Assembly (NCBI RefSeq): GCF_006345805.1
Contig: NC_042999.1
Span: 66,092,001 to 66,156,000 of the forward strand
From: Octopus sinensis
Taxonomy: Eukaryota
DNA: 64,000 nucleotides
Direction of reading: 5' to 3'
Under the pieces are notes generated by a model. The model was not told the origin of the DNA and did not search any database. It saw only the letters and a list, made by a program, of their open reading frames with translations. Of this stretch, positions 52,160 through 64,000 are shown piece by piece. Position numbers and translations under genes: made by a program. The stretch's first letter is position 1, and each line of letters opens with the position of its first letter.

Positions 52160-54360
52160 GGAGACGAGGTTGGTAACGCAACAGATGTGTGTGTGTGTGA
52201 GTGGTGTGCGTGTGCGTGTGTGTATGTGTGTGTGTGAGGCGAGATGAAAACAAAAAGATATATATGTGTGTGTTAGTGTGTGCGTCTGTGTGTAGGCGTG
52301 TGAGGTAGGGCGAGATAGTAGTCAGCTTAGCAGACAAAGGTCAGTAGCAAGAAAAAGAAGGAAGGAGGAAGGGAGGGAGGGGAAGGGGTGGGGGCGTATG
52401 TAGCGTGCCAGCGTTTGTTGAGTAGTAGTGGTGTGGTGTGTCCAGTGTCGTGGTGGTATAAATGGCGAGTAGATTGAATGTGTGTAAGAGTAATGTATAT
52501 ATTTAAGCAAAGTGTGTATATATGTGTGCGCGTGTGTGTAACGAAAAGGGGGGGTTAAGGAAAAAGGACTCCAGCTGAGGGGAAGATGGAGAGTGGTCCC
52601 GCGGAGGCGGGCGTGGGAAAACCCAACGACACGCGACGGTCCCAGGAACGGGCGGGAGGTCTTGTCGGTTCCAAGAGCGAGGTGCCTGCGGAGCGTATGC
52701 GTACGCGAACCGGCGCAAGCGCGTGCGTGCGCGAGCCTGCGAGTATGTGCGTAAGTATGTATGTGTGTGGATGTGTGAGTGTGTCTGTGTGTATGTCCGG
52801 GTGGCAGTGTGTCCGATGAATGTATGTGAGTATGTGTGTATGTATGTGTGCATAGATGTATGTCCGTGTGTGTGTGTGTGTGTGTATGTGTGTGAGTGTG
52901 TATGTATGTATGTGGGTGGGTTGGGGAAGTGTGTGTATGTGCATGTGTGTGCGCGTACATACAGGTGTGTGAGTGAGTGTGTGTGTGTGTATGTATGTGT
53001 GAGTGTGTATGTATGTGTGTGTAGGATGCATGTATGTGTATGGGTGTATGTATGCGTGTGTGTATGTATGTATGTGTACGTGCGTGTGTGTGTGTGTGTA
53101 TGCGCGTAGGTGTGCGCGTGTGCATGCATGCATGCATGTGCGTGTGTGTGTGTGTGCATGTGTGTGGGTATATATGTATGTGCGTATATGTGTGTGTGTG
53201 TGCGTAATGTGTGTGTGTGTGTATGCATGTGTGTGTATGTAGGTGTGTGGGCGTGTGTGTATAGGTGTATGTATGTAAGTATGTATGGGTGTGTCCGTGT
53301 ATGTGTGTGTATGTATGTGTGTGTATGTAGGTGTGTGGGCGTGTGTATATGTGTGTGTATGTAGGTGTGTGGGCGTGTGTATATAGGTGTATGTGTGTAT
53401 GTCTGGGTGTGTCCGTGCATGTTTGTGTGTGTGTGTGTATGCATGTGTATGTAGGTGTGTGTGTACGTGTGTAATGTATGTGTGTATGCGTGCGTGTGTG
53501 TATGTAGGTGCGTGTGTATGTATGTGGGAGTGTAGGTGTGTGTGGTGCGTGTGCGTGTGCGTGTTTATCTTGGTGTGTGCGTATGTTGTGTGAGTGTATG
53601 GGTGTTTGTCATGCATGTGTGTGCGCGTGCAGGTGAGTGTGTGTGTAAGTATGTGTGTGTGTATGTTTGTGTGAGTGTGTATGTGTGTATGTCTGTGTGT
53701 ATGTATGTGCGTATAGGAGTATGTGGGTATGTGTGTGTGTATGTATATGGGTGTATGTATGTATGTGTGTGTGTGCATGTGTATAAGTATATGTGTGTGT
53801 GCGTATGTGTGTATATGTGTATGTGTGTGTGTTTATGTATGTGTGTATGTATGTGTGTAGGCGTGTGTGTGTAGATGTATGTATGGGTGTGTGTCCGTGT
53901 GTGTTTGTGTGTGTGTAGGTAGATGTGTGTGTCTGAGTGAGGGTATGGCTGTGTAGGTGTGTGTGTGTATGAATGTAATTGTGTGTGTATACAAGTGTAA
54001 TGTATGTATGTAGGTGTGTGTGTGTGTGTATGTGTACGTGTGCGTGTGTATGTGTGTGTGTGTATGCGTGTGAGTGTGAGTGTATGGGTGTATGTCTGTG
54101 TGTGTGTATGTCTGAAGTAGGTATTATGTGTATGTATGTGTGTGTGTGTGTGTGCAGGTATGTGTGTGTATGTGTGTGTGTGAGTAGGTGTGCGTGTATG
54201 TATGTGGGTAGGGATGCACGCGAGTGTGTGGGTATGTATGCATACATACGCACGCGCACATCCGAAGCAAGCCCACACACACGAAGCGCGCCCACGCACA
54301 CAACGCACAAGCAGTACAACGCAAGCCCAAGGGGCCGACCAAGCCCCCAGCGCGCGCCAA
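52160..54360. repeat. About 2.2 kb of degenerate (TG)/(TGTA) low-complexity array
   Basis: Direct reading; source of the long H/T-rich and V/C-rich ORFs. Confidence 0.9.
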
Positions 54361-54380
54361 TGTAAATACATACATATTGG

Positions 54381-54520
54381 AGGCGGCGAGCTGGCAAAAA
54401 CGTTAGCGCGCCGGGCGAAATGCTTAGCGGTATTTCGTCTGCCACCACGTTGTGAGTTAAAATTCCGCCGATGTCGACTTTGCCTCTCATCCTTTCGGGG
54501 TCGATTAAATAAGTACCAGT
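54381..54520 (+). mobile_element. SINE family A, 3'-truncated
   Basis: ggaggcggcgagctggc...aagtaccagtta. Confidence 0.85.
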
Positions 54521-57213
54521 TATTTCCTGTTCAAAGCAAAGATGTTTGCATATATTTTATCATTGAACTTCGTATTGTTATCGTATAAATAAGAAAATAG
54601 CGGTTATTAAAGGCGAGTTAGATATTTTTGACTATAACGAATAATCTGTTATTTAAAATTTTACATTTATATGGTATGATGATCGTTTTAATTTTTTCTG
54701 TCTGTTCTTTTATCATGGAAGCATAATTCTGACATTTTTACGGTTTCCGTTTTAAGTCATTCCATAAATATTTCCGTCATATTCTTCTTAGATTTTTTTT
54801 CTCTATCTTCGAAGTCGAGGAATATATTAGCTGCAAAACTAAATGCGAAACAAAATAAAATTGTCCTGCCTGAAATACAAATGTGCATATAATTTGTGTT
54901 TTCTTTTAGTCGTTAAACACATCAAAATACTGTTTCTCTGCTTTCAGTTAAAACAAACATGATCAATAATTTTTCCTGTGAAATATCAACTAATACAATG
55001 TGTGTCAACATTCAGGACACGCTATTCATTAAATGTGTATAGCACCTTTGAATCATTGCATATCAAATGAAAGCAAAGTTATAAACGGGACTGTAAACTG
55101 CATGTTAATTCTGTAGTAAAATCGCACTTACCTAATTTTATGATGCTTTAAAAATTCTTCGACGCTCTAGTCGTATTAGTGGGCTTAGGAATAATTTGTC
55201 TAGAGTCTAGACTAATTTTTTCTAAGCCCACTCATATTACTTTCATCTCCTGATCTAGTTAAATCATATTAAATTTTGATCAACGCTTTTAACGCCAAAA
55301 TTTATCTGTTTTTTGCGGTATATTTTCCTATGTAAATTTAACTTCCATGCTGAAATTTATCTGCATTAAATTCTTTCAGTCTTTCCTTTTGACTTATTGA
55401 TGAGAAGTTGAGTCGAACGTAGGTACTGTCACGTTCTAGAAGGCAGCTTAATATTTATTGTGGGTTGTAAAACTTGATTTTATTATTACAACTGAAATAA
55501 AAGTTACAATAGCATATGTTCTGTAAGTCATCACAGAAGTATATAAAATTTCAATAACACAGTTAATTTACGAATCACTTTTTAACGAATCTACAAATAA
55601 TTCCTAACTCTGTCTACAAAAGTTATATTTATGCTCGAAGTCCATCTGGACAAAAGTAGCAATGAAAACGTCCTTTGTAAGATTTGCATCTCAAGATTTT
55701 TTCCCTCTCACCAGACTTATAGTTTTAACATCACTTCGAAACAATGTTGTCGCTAAACATTCATTTTGTTTTTGAATTAGTAAAAATTTTAGGATGTGAA
55801 TTTGGGACATTAACGTTTATCCTGTGGTGATTAACATCCATACACAAATTTCTACCAATTTAAAACTTAAGTCGGTGGAAATTTTATGTCAGGAAATGTC
55901 ATCACGTTTTAATCTCTATAGTCGAATGATTGTAATTTTGTTGCCCCAAGTTGGCAAGCAGAGCTTAAACATAGGTGTACAATTCGATTTACATTCTCGT
56001 AGTACCGCTATGTTATTCTTGCAGCTTTTTACATACAGTTCATAGTACATGTTCTGATATACTGATGATGAATTCCCTAGTAAAGGCAGTGAGTGTGAAA
56101 TTAATAACGAAGTCTGTCTCCTTCAGCGTTTGTCGCTTACATACAACTACAACGAATGGAAACTAATGATGGTACTGCTGCCGTTAATAGTTTTTGCATG
56201 TGTATGTTATTTATTTCATATTGCTCCTGACTATATCGGAGAGATGGACTTTAGGTACAAGAGTTTCTTTGGATTACTTATTTAACTTAAGTGTTTGTAA
56301 TGTTTGGACTGTAATGTTTGAATATTAGTATATGCCCGGGTATAATTTTATACCTGACCAAGTAGCCATGGTTTAAAAGCAGTTATTAGAACCTAATGTC
56401 CCTTGAATAATAGATGACAGTTTCACGTTACCAACTACTCAAACTATTAAAATAAGGAAGAATCGCATCGATGTATTAGCAAAAATATCTGTAAACTCAT
56501 CGATATATATTTATATATATTTAATTCGTTTCCGATGCACCTTTAGGCAATGTATCAATGTATCCCTCGACTCACTTGTTGTACACAATATACGTGATAT
56601 ATTCGGGCATTTGTATGAAAAATTATGCGATATTTGTCTGCTTTCCATATCGTGTGCAAAGTATAAAGAAGACCATGATCTAAGTCTTAGAGTCGATCAA
56701 TTAGGAGTTACTTTTTTAATATTTAAACATTAGTGAGAAATAGAATACGTTAATAAGTTCGTGGATGCAAAATGTCAATAAGTATCAATGGAAGAACTCA
56801 GTAAATCCATTTATTTGCTTCACATTAAAACAGCATAATAGAATATATATTTCTCCGACAGAGAAAGATCACAAGTTCTCGGGCGATTAATTTAGAATAT
56901 GTCATTTATAATGACTTAATCTAATTCAATATTGTTTATATATTCATCAATTAGAGACAGAAGACATATAACATTGATAATGGCTCATAGGATAGGCATC
57001 TTCAACGGTATTACAAATAGCTATAAACACCACAACAAATTAAAGAAAGAAATATACTGGACTGAAGACTGACTTGAGATGTAAAGATTGAGGATTACTT
57101 GAACACGTATTAGTTTAAGCTTCATTAAAATGGTTTTGTTTCCCAACCTAAATATATATTAAGTCAGGGGAGAGAGAGAGAGAGAGTGAGAGAGAGAGAG
57201 GCAGAGAGAGAGG

Positions 57214-57800
57214 AAGGCAGCGAGCTGGCAGAAACGTTAGCACGCCGGGCGAAATGCGTAGCCGTATTTCGTCTGCCGTTACGTTCTCAGTTCAAATTAT
57301 GCCGAGGTCGATTTGCCTTTCATCCTTTCGGGGTCGATTAAACAAGTACCAGTTACGCACTGGGGTCGATATAATCGACTTAATCCGTTTGCCTGTCTTC
57401 CTTTGTCCCCTCTGTGTTTAGCCCCTTGTGGGTAGTAAAGAAATAGGTATTTCGTCTGCCGTTACGTTCTGAGTTCAAATTCCGCCGAGGTCGTAATTGC
57501 ATTCATCATTTCGGGATCGATAAATTAAGTACCAGTTACGCACTGGGGTCGAGGTAATCGACTTAATCCGTTTGTCTGTCCTTTCTGTGTTTAGCCCCTT
57601 GTAGGTAGTAAAGAAATAGGTATTTCGTCTGCCGCTACGTTCTGCGTTCAAATTCCGCTGTGGTGGATTTTGCCTTTCATCATTTTGGGGTCGATTAAGT
57701 AAGTACCATTTACTCACTGGGGTTGATATAATCGACTTATTCCATTTGTCTGTCCTTGTTTGTCCCCTCTGTGTGTAGCCCCTTGTGAGCAATAAAAAAT
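57214..57800 (+). mobile_element. SINE family A trimer
   Basis: Junctions at 57445/57446 and 57618/57619. Confidence 0.9.
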
Positions 57801-57979
57801 GAGAGAGAAAGGAAGAAACACACAGAGAAAATTAGGAAGAGTGTTTGTAGATATTTGAGATTCCATAATTTCTGGCATGAAAATGTCACTTCTGTTTGTA
57901 GAATAATGCTTTGTTACCGTGTAAAATAAAGTAAATTGAAAGTTTCAGTATGTTTACGTAAATATGAACAATCCTCCAG

Positions 57980-58415
57980 TAGGTGCACGTGTGACAGTGC
58001 GGTAGTACAGTTGCTTCCAAACCACATGGTTCCGGGCTCAGTCACACTGCGTGGCACTTTGGCTCAATGTCTTCCTCTATTACCTCGAGCTCACAAAAGC
58101 CTTGTGAGTACATTTGTTAGATGAAAAGTGAAAAAAAGCATCATATATATGTTAATGTGTGCGTGTGTGTGTGCGTGTACATCTTTATGTCTATCCTGGT
58201 TCCTCATCACGCCTTAACAACCGGTGTTTGTGTGTTTACGTCCCTATAAGTTAAAGGTTCGGCAAAACAGAACGACAAAATCAGCTCAGGGATTTACAAA
58301 GCAAAAAAGAAAAAAATTAAGTACCGGAGTCGATTCATTTAACTAACATTCTTCAAAGCAGTGCCTCGGTGTAGCAGCAGTCTAATGGATGAAATAAGTA
58401 AGAGATCAAAGATAA
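57980..58415 (+). mobile_element. SINE family D, diverged full copy
   Basis: Colinear with the reverse complement of 23528-24021. Confidence 0.75.
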
Positions 58416-58846
58416 AAGAAACACTGGGAAAATGGGTGATGAATAAACAGTTTTTGGTTTAGCGAAGAATTGTCCAATTAACACCTTATGTCAACAACAC
58501 ATTTAATGACGGGAACTTCAAACTTAGAATACGCTGCAAAGAAAAACACAGACGTTTTGCTAAAGATTAATATTCATAACGGCAAAAGTCTGAATATTAG
58601 AAAATATAATCCCCTCCTATAGTTTAAATATTCATGCCCTGCAGTCAGAAATCTCTAGCATTTTATAAATAGGTGCAGGCATGACTGCGTAGTGAATAAG
58701 CTCGTATTGTAAATGTGTACCTTCGTGTTTAGTTCCACTGAGAAGCACCTTCATTATACTACTATAACCCGAGACTGACCAATGAGACGGGAGGGAATTT
58801 GGCGTATGGACACAAGGGACTGAGGGCTTATTACATGTATATATAT

Positions 58847-58917
<71 letters not shown>

Positions 58918-59080
58918 GTATGTATTTGGCGTATATCTGTCTCTTTCTCTATCTCTCTCTCACTATATATATATATGTATGTATATGTATATATATATAA
59001 TTATATATTGTTGAATGGCGGTGCCACAGCACGGCCACAGCTCGTGACCTGAAACTAGATAAAATGAAAAAAAATGAATA

Positions 59081-59134
<54 letters not shown>

Positions 59135-59142
59135 ATTATATA

Positions 59143-59164
<22 letters not shown>

Positions 59165-59181
<17 letters not shown>

Positions 59182-59370
59182 TATGTATACGAGGCATTGG
59201 TTTGAAGAATTTTAGTTAAATGAATCGACTCCGGTACTTAATTTTTTTCTTTTTTGTTTTCTAAATCCTCGAGCTGATTTTGTCGTTCTGTTTTGCCGAA
59301 CATTTAACTTAGAGGAACGTAAACATACTAACACCGGTTGTTAATGGGTGATGAGGAACCAGGATAGGCA
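59165..59370 (-). mobile_element. SINE family D 3' fragment
   Basis: Near mirror of 58200-58350. Confidence 0.6.
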
Positions 59371-59655
59371 TATATATATATTTATATATATATATATATA
59401 TCTTTTAAATTTCTTTATGGTAATGTTTTAAATATGCAAATAAAGTACCTATTCCATTATGTCGACCAACGACTAGTGAACCAGCTTTTTGTGGCTGCAT
59501 CAAGTCATACCGATATAATGTGGGATAAATATAATAATAATAATAATAAAAATAATCCTTGGACGGAATTTATAGAGATTTAAGGAATTGTGGAGACACG
59601 GGTGGCGATGCGTTAAATAATTACAAATTCCATCGTAAGATCATTGTTATTATAC

Positions 59656-60461
59656 AAACCACTTTGAATTTGCATTCCATTAACATAAGTTTGAATGCTA
59701 GGTAAATGAATAAAAATGATTTCATAAATTTATGGTTAATCCTAAATCTTCAGATATCTGGTTTAGTAATAAATACACTGCCTTTATCAGTAGGGTATTC
59801 CGAACGTTCATAAATGAAAATACATATACATACCTATAAAAATACACACGTATGAATACGAATTTATACATATATTTAAACGTATATACGAAGTAAAATC
59901 TTATTCTCCATCTTAACCAAATACATATTTGATCAGAATAATACCGCAGTAAATATAACGACCAGAGTGAAAACATATACATTCATACATAATTAAGGAA
60001 ACAAATCATTAGAAATTCGTGATTTTATAAGTGGGCAACATATAATAAAACCATATAGGTAAAATTAATATATAAATACATAATTATACAGTTATAACTA
60101 TAATTAAGGGTACTGAAGGAACAGCACATATATCCTAGAAATAGATGTCAAATGACTATAAACCACATTGAATTCACACTCCATGAGCACAAGTTTGAAT
60201 GCCAGGAAAATGGATAAAAAAGATTTCGTAAAATTATGGTTAACCCTAAATTTTCAGATTTCTGGTTTAGTAATAACTACACTACATTTATCAGTAGGGT
60301 ATACTGAACGCTTAAAAATGAAAATACCTATACATACCTATACATATAAACGCATATAAATACGAATTTATACATATATTTACACATGTATACGAAGCAA
60401 AATCCGATTGTCCATCTCAACCACGTGCATATTTGATCAGAATAATACCGCAAGAAATATA
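59656..60461. repeat. Diverged direct duplication of about 300 bp with a 504-bp period
   Basis: 59656-59957 versus 60160-60461, colinear; shared gatcagaataataccgca at 59931 and 60435. Confidence 0.85.
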
Positions 60462-61102
60462 CAAGTGGAATATATATATATTTGCGTTTATATTCGTGAA
60501 GTTGTACGTATTAATTTATCTGTTTGTCATTAAACTCCGGGAAAGTCGTTATTGTTTTGTTCTCATTTCCATAACTGATCGATTCAGTTACAAGACCGAC
60601 CAATTTAGTATCAAGCTTAAAAAGACTATAAGTACTGGGTTAGATTATCTGTTTGATTAAACCATTGAAGGCTATGCCTCATCACGGCCGCAGTCCAATG
60701 ACTGAAGTAAGTAAAAGATAAGTCATGCAACTGAATAACGTAGATGCTATAAAATTATGTTAGAAATTGTATTAACGAAAACAACTGTAGGAAATAAAAC
60801 CTTAGCTGTTTCCCTAGTATACACAGAACAAATTTCCTCAGTAGTATAATTAGAGTAGCTTTCGTGTCTGTGCTGCCACCGGTGTATATCAGTAAGGAAT
60901 TAGATATTCGAGCTAAAATATATTTGACGAAAATAAAAATAGCGAACACAATGCTATACAGGGTTTATGAATAATCCTGTTCGAATAACAATCTCGCAAT
61001 ATATTTACACGTTCACACCTTTCAAAAAGTAACACTTCTCAACACTAACTATACGTATATATACATTGTGTGTGTTTGTATGTATATATACATGCATATA
61101 TA

Positions 61103-61160
<58 letters not shown>

Positions 61161-61352
61161 CATATAGATATATACATATGTTTGCATATGTATGCATATA
61201 TATATATATATATTACACACAAACATACATACATACATATCATTATAGATATAGGGTAAAGAATTATTAATTTATAATTAATAAATTTTACTGAGTAGTT
61301 CGGTATGGAAAGTGTTTTTATAATTATGTGTACATGCATACACACACACATA

Positions 61353-61420
<68 letters not shown>

Positions 61421-61436
61421 ACACACACACACACAC

Positions 61437-61475
<39 letters not shown>

Positions 61476-62386
61476 TACATATATATAATATATATATGTA
61501 CATATAATCTTAAATGTAATTTATTAAGAGTCACATGTTTATTGAAACTTTCTGTAGAGAACATCGCTTTCCATTGCAATGGCTCTGCAGTGTGTGGCAC
61601 TTGTGTCCTGGGGAACACCTTTTTAATATTTATTAAGGCAATTTCAAGTATCAATGGTCCTTAACAACTTTCATACATTTGTGTGTTTTACACGTATGAT
61701 ACGGAAAATTTGAAAATATAAATGATGTTTCAAAGGGAAAGTTTAATGTATCACTATTCAGAGTGTCATAATTGAATAGACACATGCCAGATGGACTTTA
61801 ATTACTTTTAGTCAACCATTTAATCCAGGCTAAGTAGTTGCAATTCGAAGAATTAACCAATATGTTTGCTTACATATTTTCCCAATTCTTCATTTTGTTT
61901 GAGGAAGCAGCTCCCTGAAAACTGGTGAAATGTTTTACGAAGCAGCTGCTTATGATAAAATATGAAGACTTTATCTTAAGAAAAGTCTTTTCTATATGTA
62001 CATATATACACGTGCGTGTGTGTGTATGTGTGTGCATCTTTGTCTGTGTGGGTAGATATATATGCAGGCAGAAAGAAAGACAGATAGATGGACACATTGA
62101 TAGATACGTAGATGGATATATATATTTATATTCAATTTTATATTTATATAAATAGATTGCTATAGATATAGATAAATAGATAGATAGATAGATAGATAGA
62201 TAGACAAACAGACAGATAGAAAAAAAACGACCTTTATTAATTGAGTGGAAGATATATCGGTGAATGTAAACAGTTACCTATGGAATGAAAAAGATCAACA
62301 TATCATATATCGTTACGTCAATGAACAGAGAAATTCAATTTTATATAATCATTCGTTGTTAACGAATTATATATATGTATGTATAT

Positions 62387-62432
<46 letters not shown>

Positions 62433-62468
62433 CACCACACACAGACATATATATATATATATAATATT

Positions 62469-62499
<31 letters not shown>

Positions 62500-63863
62500 A
62501 AATTAAAATGAAAAAGCAATCTTATACAATATATATATAGTGGAGCAATGTCTCAGTTCAGTTGAAACCAGCCACTGAATATTAACTAAGCATACAGATA
62601 TCCGATAACTATTGTATTCTATTATACATAGACAATTAAATTTTATCTACACAATACTTGTATCAGGTTATTATTGTATAAAACAACTTGATAATTTAGT
62701 TAATATCTAATACTACATTTTCTGCGCGTATATTTGACTTCTGTATAGAATATTGTTATAGAATTAAATGTTAAATCTGTACTAACACTTTATTCGCCTT
62801 TTCACAATGATTCCCAGTAAAATACCGTCTAAATTGGAATGATTAGCTAGTGTGCAACCTTGCATAGGTGCGCTTATACAACTATATGCGCATATGTATA
62901 ATCGTATATATATATGTATGCATGTGCTTTTGTATGTATGTCTGTATTAGTGTGTATGCATACGCACATACATATATTTATGTATGTATACATTCATACA
63001 TACAAACATATGCACATTCATATTTATAGATTTGTGTGTGTCCGTGTGTGCTCCTAGCGTTAATTATTTTCTCTTTTCGTTTTCTCTCGATTAGACAATA
63101 TCGTATATTTTGAATTGAAAATATAGATACATTATAGGAACACATACAATTAAAGGTGCTTAAGTGATATATATTTCAAATAAATTCATAGTCGTGCTTA
63201 ACTGATCGAAAAACTAAATTACAGAATCCATTGGTGGAACACACTGTACAGATCACTGATGACGTGTGACTTCTTTACTAAATTAATATACATTATAGAC
63301 ATTGGCACCAGGCCACACATTATAATACAGTCGCAGTCGATTATATGACCCATCTTTTTCTCCTTCAATACAACGTAACTTTATCAACCCTAGAATGAAT
63401 GTGGGAAATGGTATCATCAGACGTAATTGATGTTAAAATTTGTAAGCCCATAATTAAATAGTTGCAGAACATTTTTTTCTTATTTCAGTATTTGAGTGAC
63501 TGTCAAAGGACTGCTATTTAGTTGCTAAAATGTAGACTTCTAGTATTGGCATAATGAAATTTATGAATAAATCGATATGAGTATACAAGAGTCATAATTT
63601 TTATCATCACTGGAAAAGCGACAAAATTTTGACATTGGATTTTAAAACCACAACATAATTTGCGGCAAATTCAATACATCTGAAGCTCTTATAATTCTCT
63701 CTGGAATCATGTTACTAGAGGAAAATGAATTAGAGAATTTTATAATTCTTCAGAGAGATTTTCTACTCCTTTTGTTTCGTGAGTTCAGATCCAAACCGAG
63801 GCGAACCTTGTCTTTCAAATGTCAGTACATAAGCAACTGAACAAGCACTGGGTTCGACATTAC

Positions 63864-64000
63864 CTTTTCTATCTCGATCACGCTCCCCTTATCTCCACAA
63901 AATGGTGTACGGTTGAACAAAGATTTCTCAAATTCTCCAAAGTTAACAATCTTCCCAAGCCACGCGTGAAGCCAGATATGCCATGCGTAGACGAGCAGTC
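63864..64000 (-). CDS. Candidate exon running off the window end, product unknown
   Basis: LLVYAWHIWLHAWLGKIVNFGEFEKSLFNRTPFCGDKGSVIEIEK followed by a strong donor AAG|gtaatg; non-repeat, GC-elevated. Confidence 0.3.

Noticed and set aside
52322-54490. Long ORFs of 268-407 aa rich in H/T or V/C
   Set aside because: Translations of the (TG)/(TGTA) low-complexity array.
59576-59634. DLRNCGDTGGDALNNYKFH, vaguely fibrinogen-domain-like
   Set aside because: Similarity limited to GDAL; no neighbouring fibrinogen-domain exons found.

Overview
AT-rich, microsatellite-saturated eukaryotic genomic DNA. The SINE families and repeat landscape suggest a coleoid cephalopod such as Octopus (inference). 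I could not confidently identify any host protein-coding gene. Nearly all ORFs in the supplied track are translations of (TA)n/(CA)n/(TG)n runs or retroelement debris, and only a few low-confidence exon candidates remain. The window is dominated by mobile DNA: four tRNA-type SINE families, an RTE LINE with a 5' inversion, an RTE 3' end encoding three C2H2 fingers, CR1/L2- and R4-like RT remnants, a Tc1/mariner fragment, Helitron remnants and a cluster of Penelope-like elements (PLEs) at 19.8-27.5 kb. The most notable structure is a 438-bp inverted repeat with no mismatch seen (19842-20835). Each arm ends in a complete type-I hammerhead ribozyme motif, and a third copy sits downstream of a GIY-YIG ORF. 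Also notable are SINE concatemers whose six head-to-tail junctions fall at the same self-complementary site.
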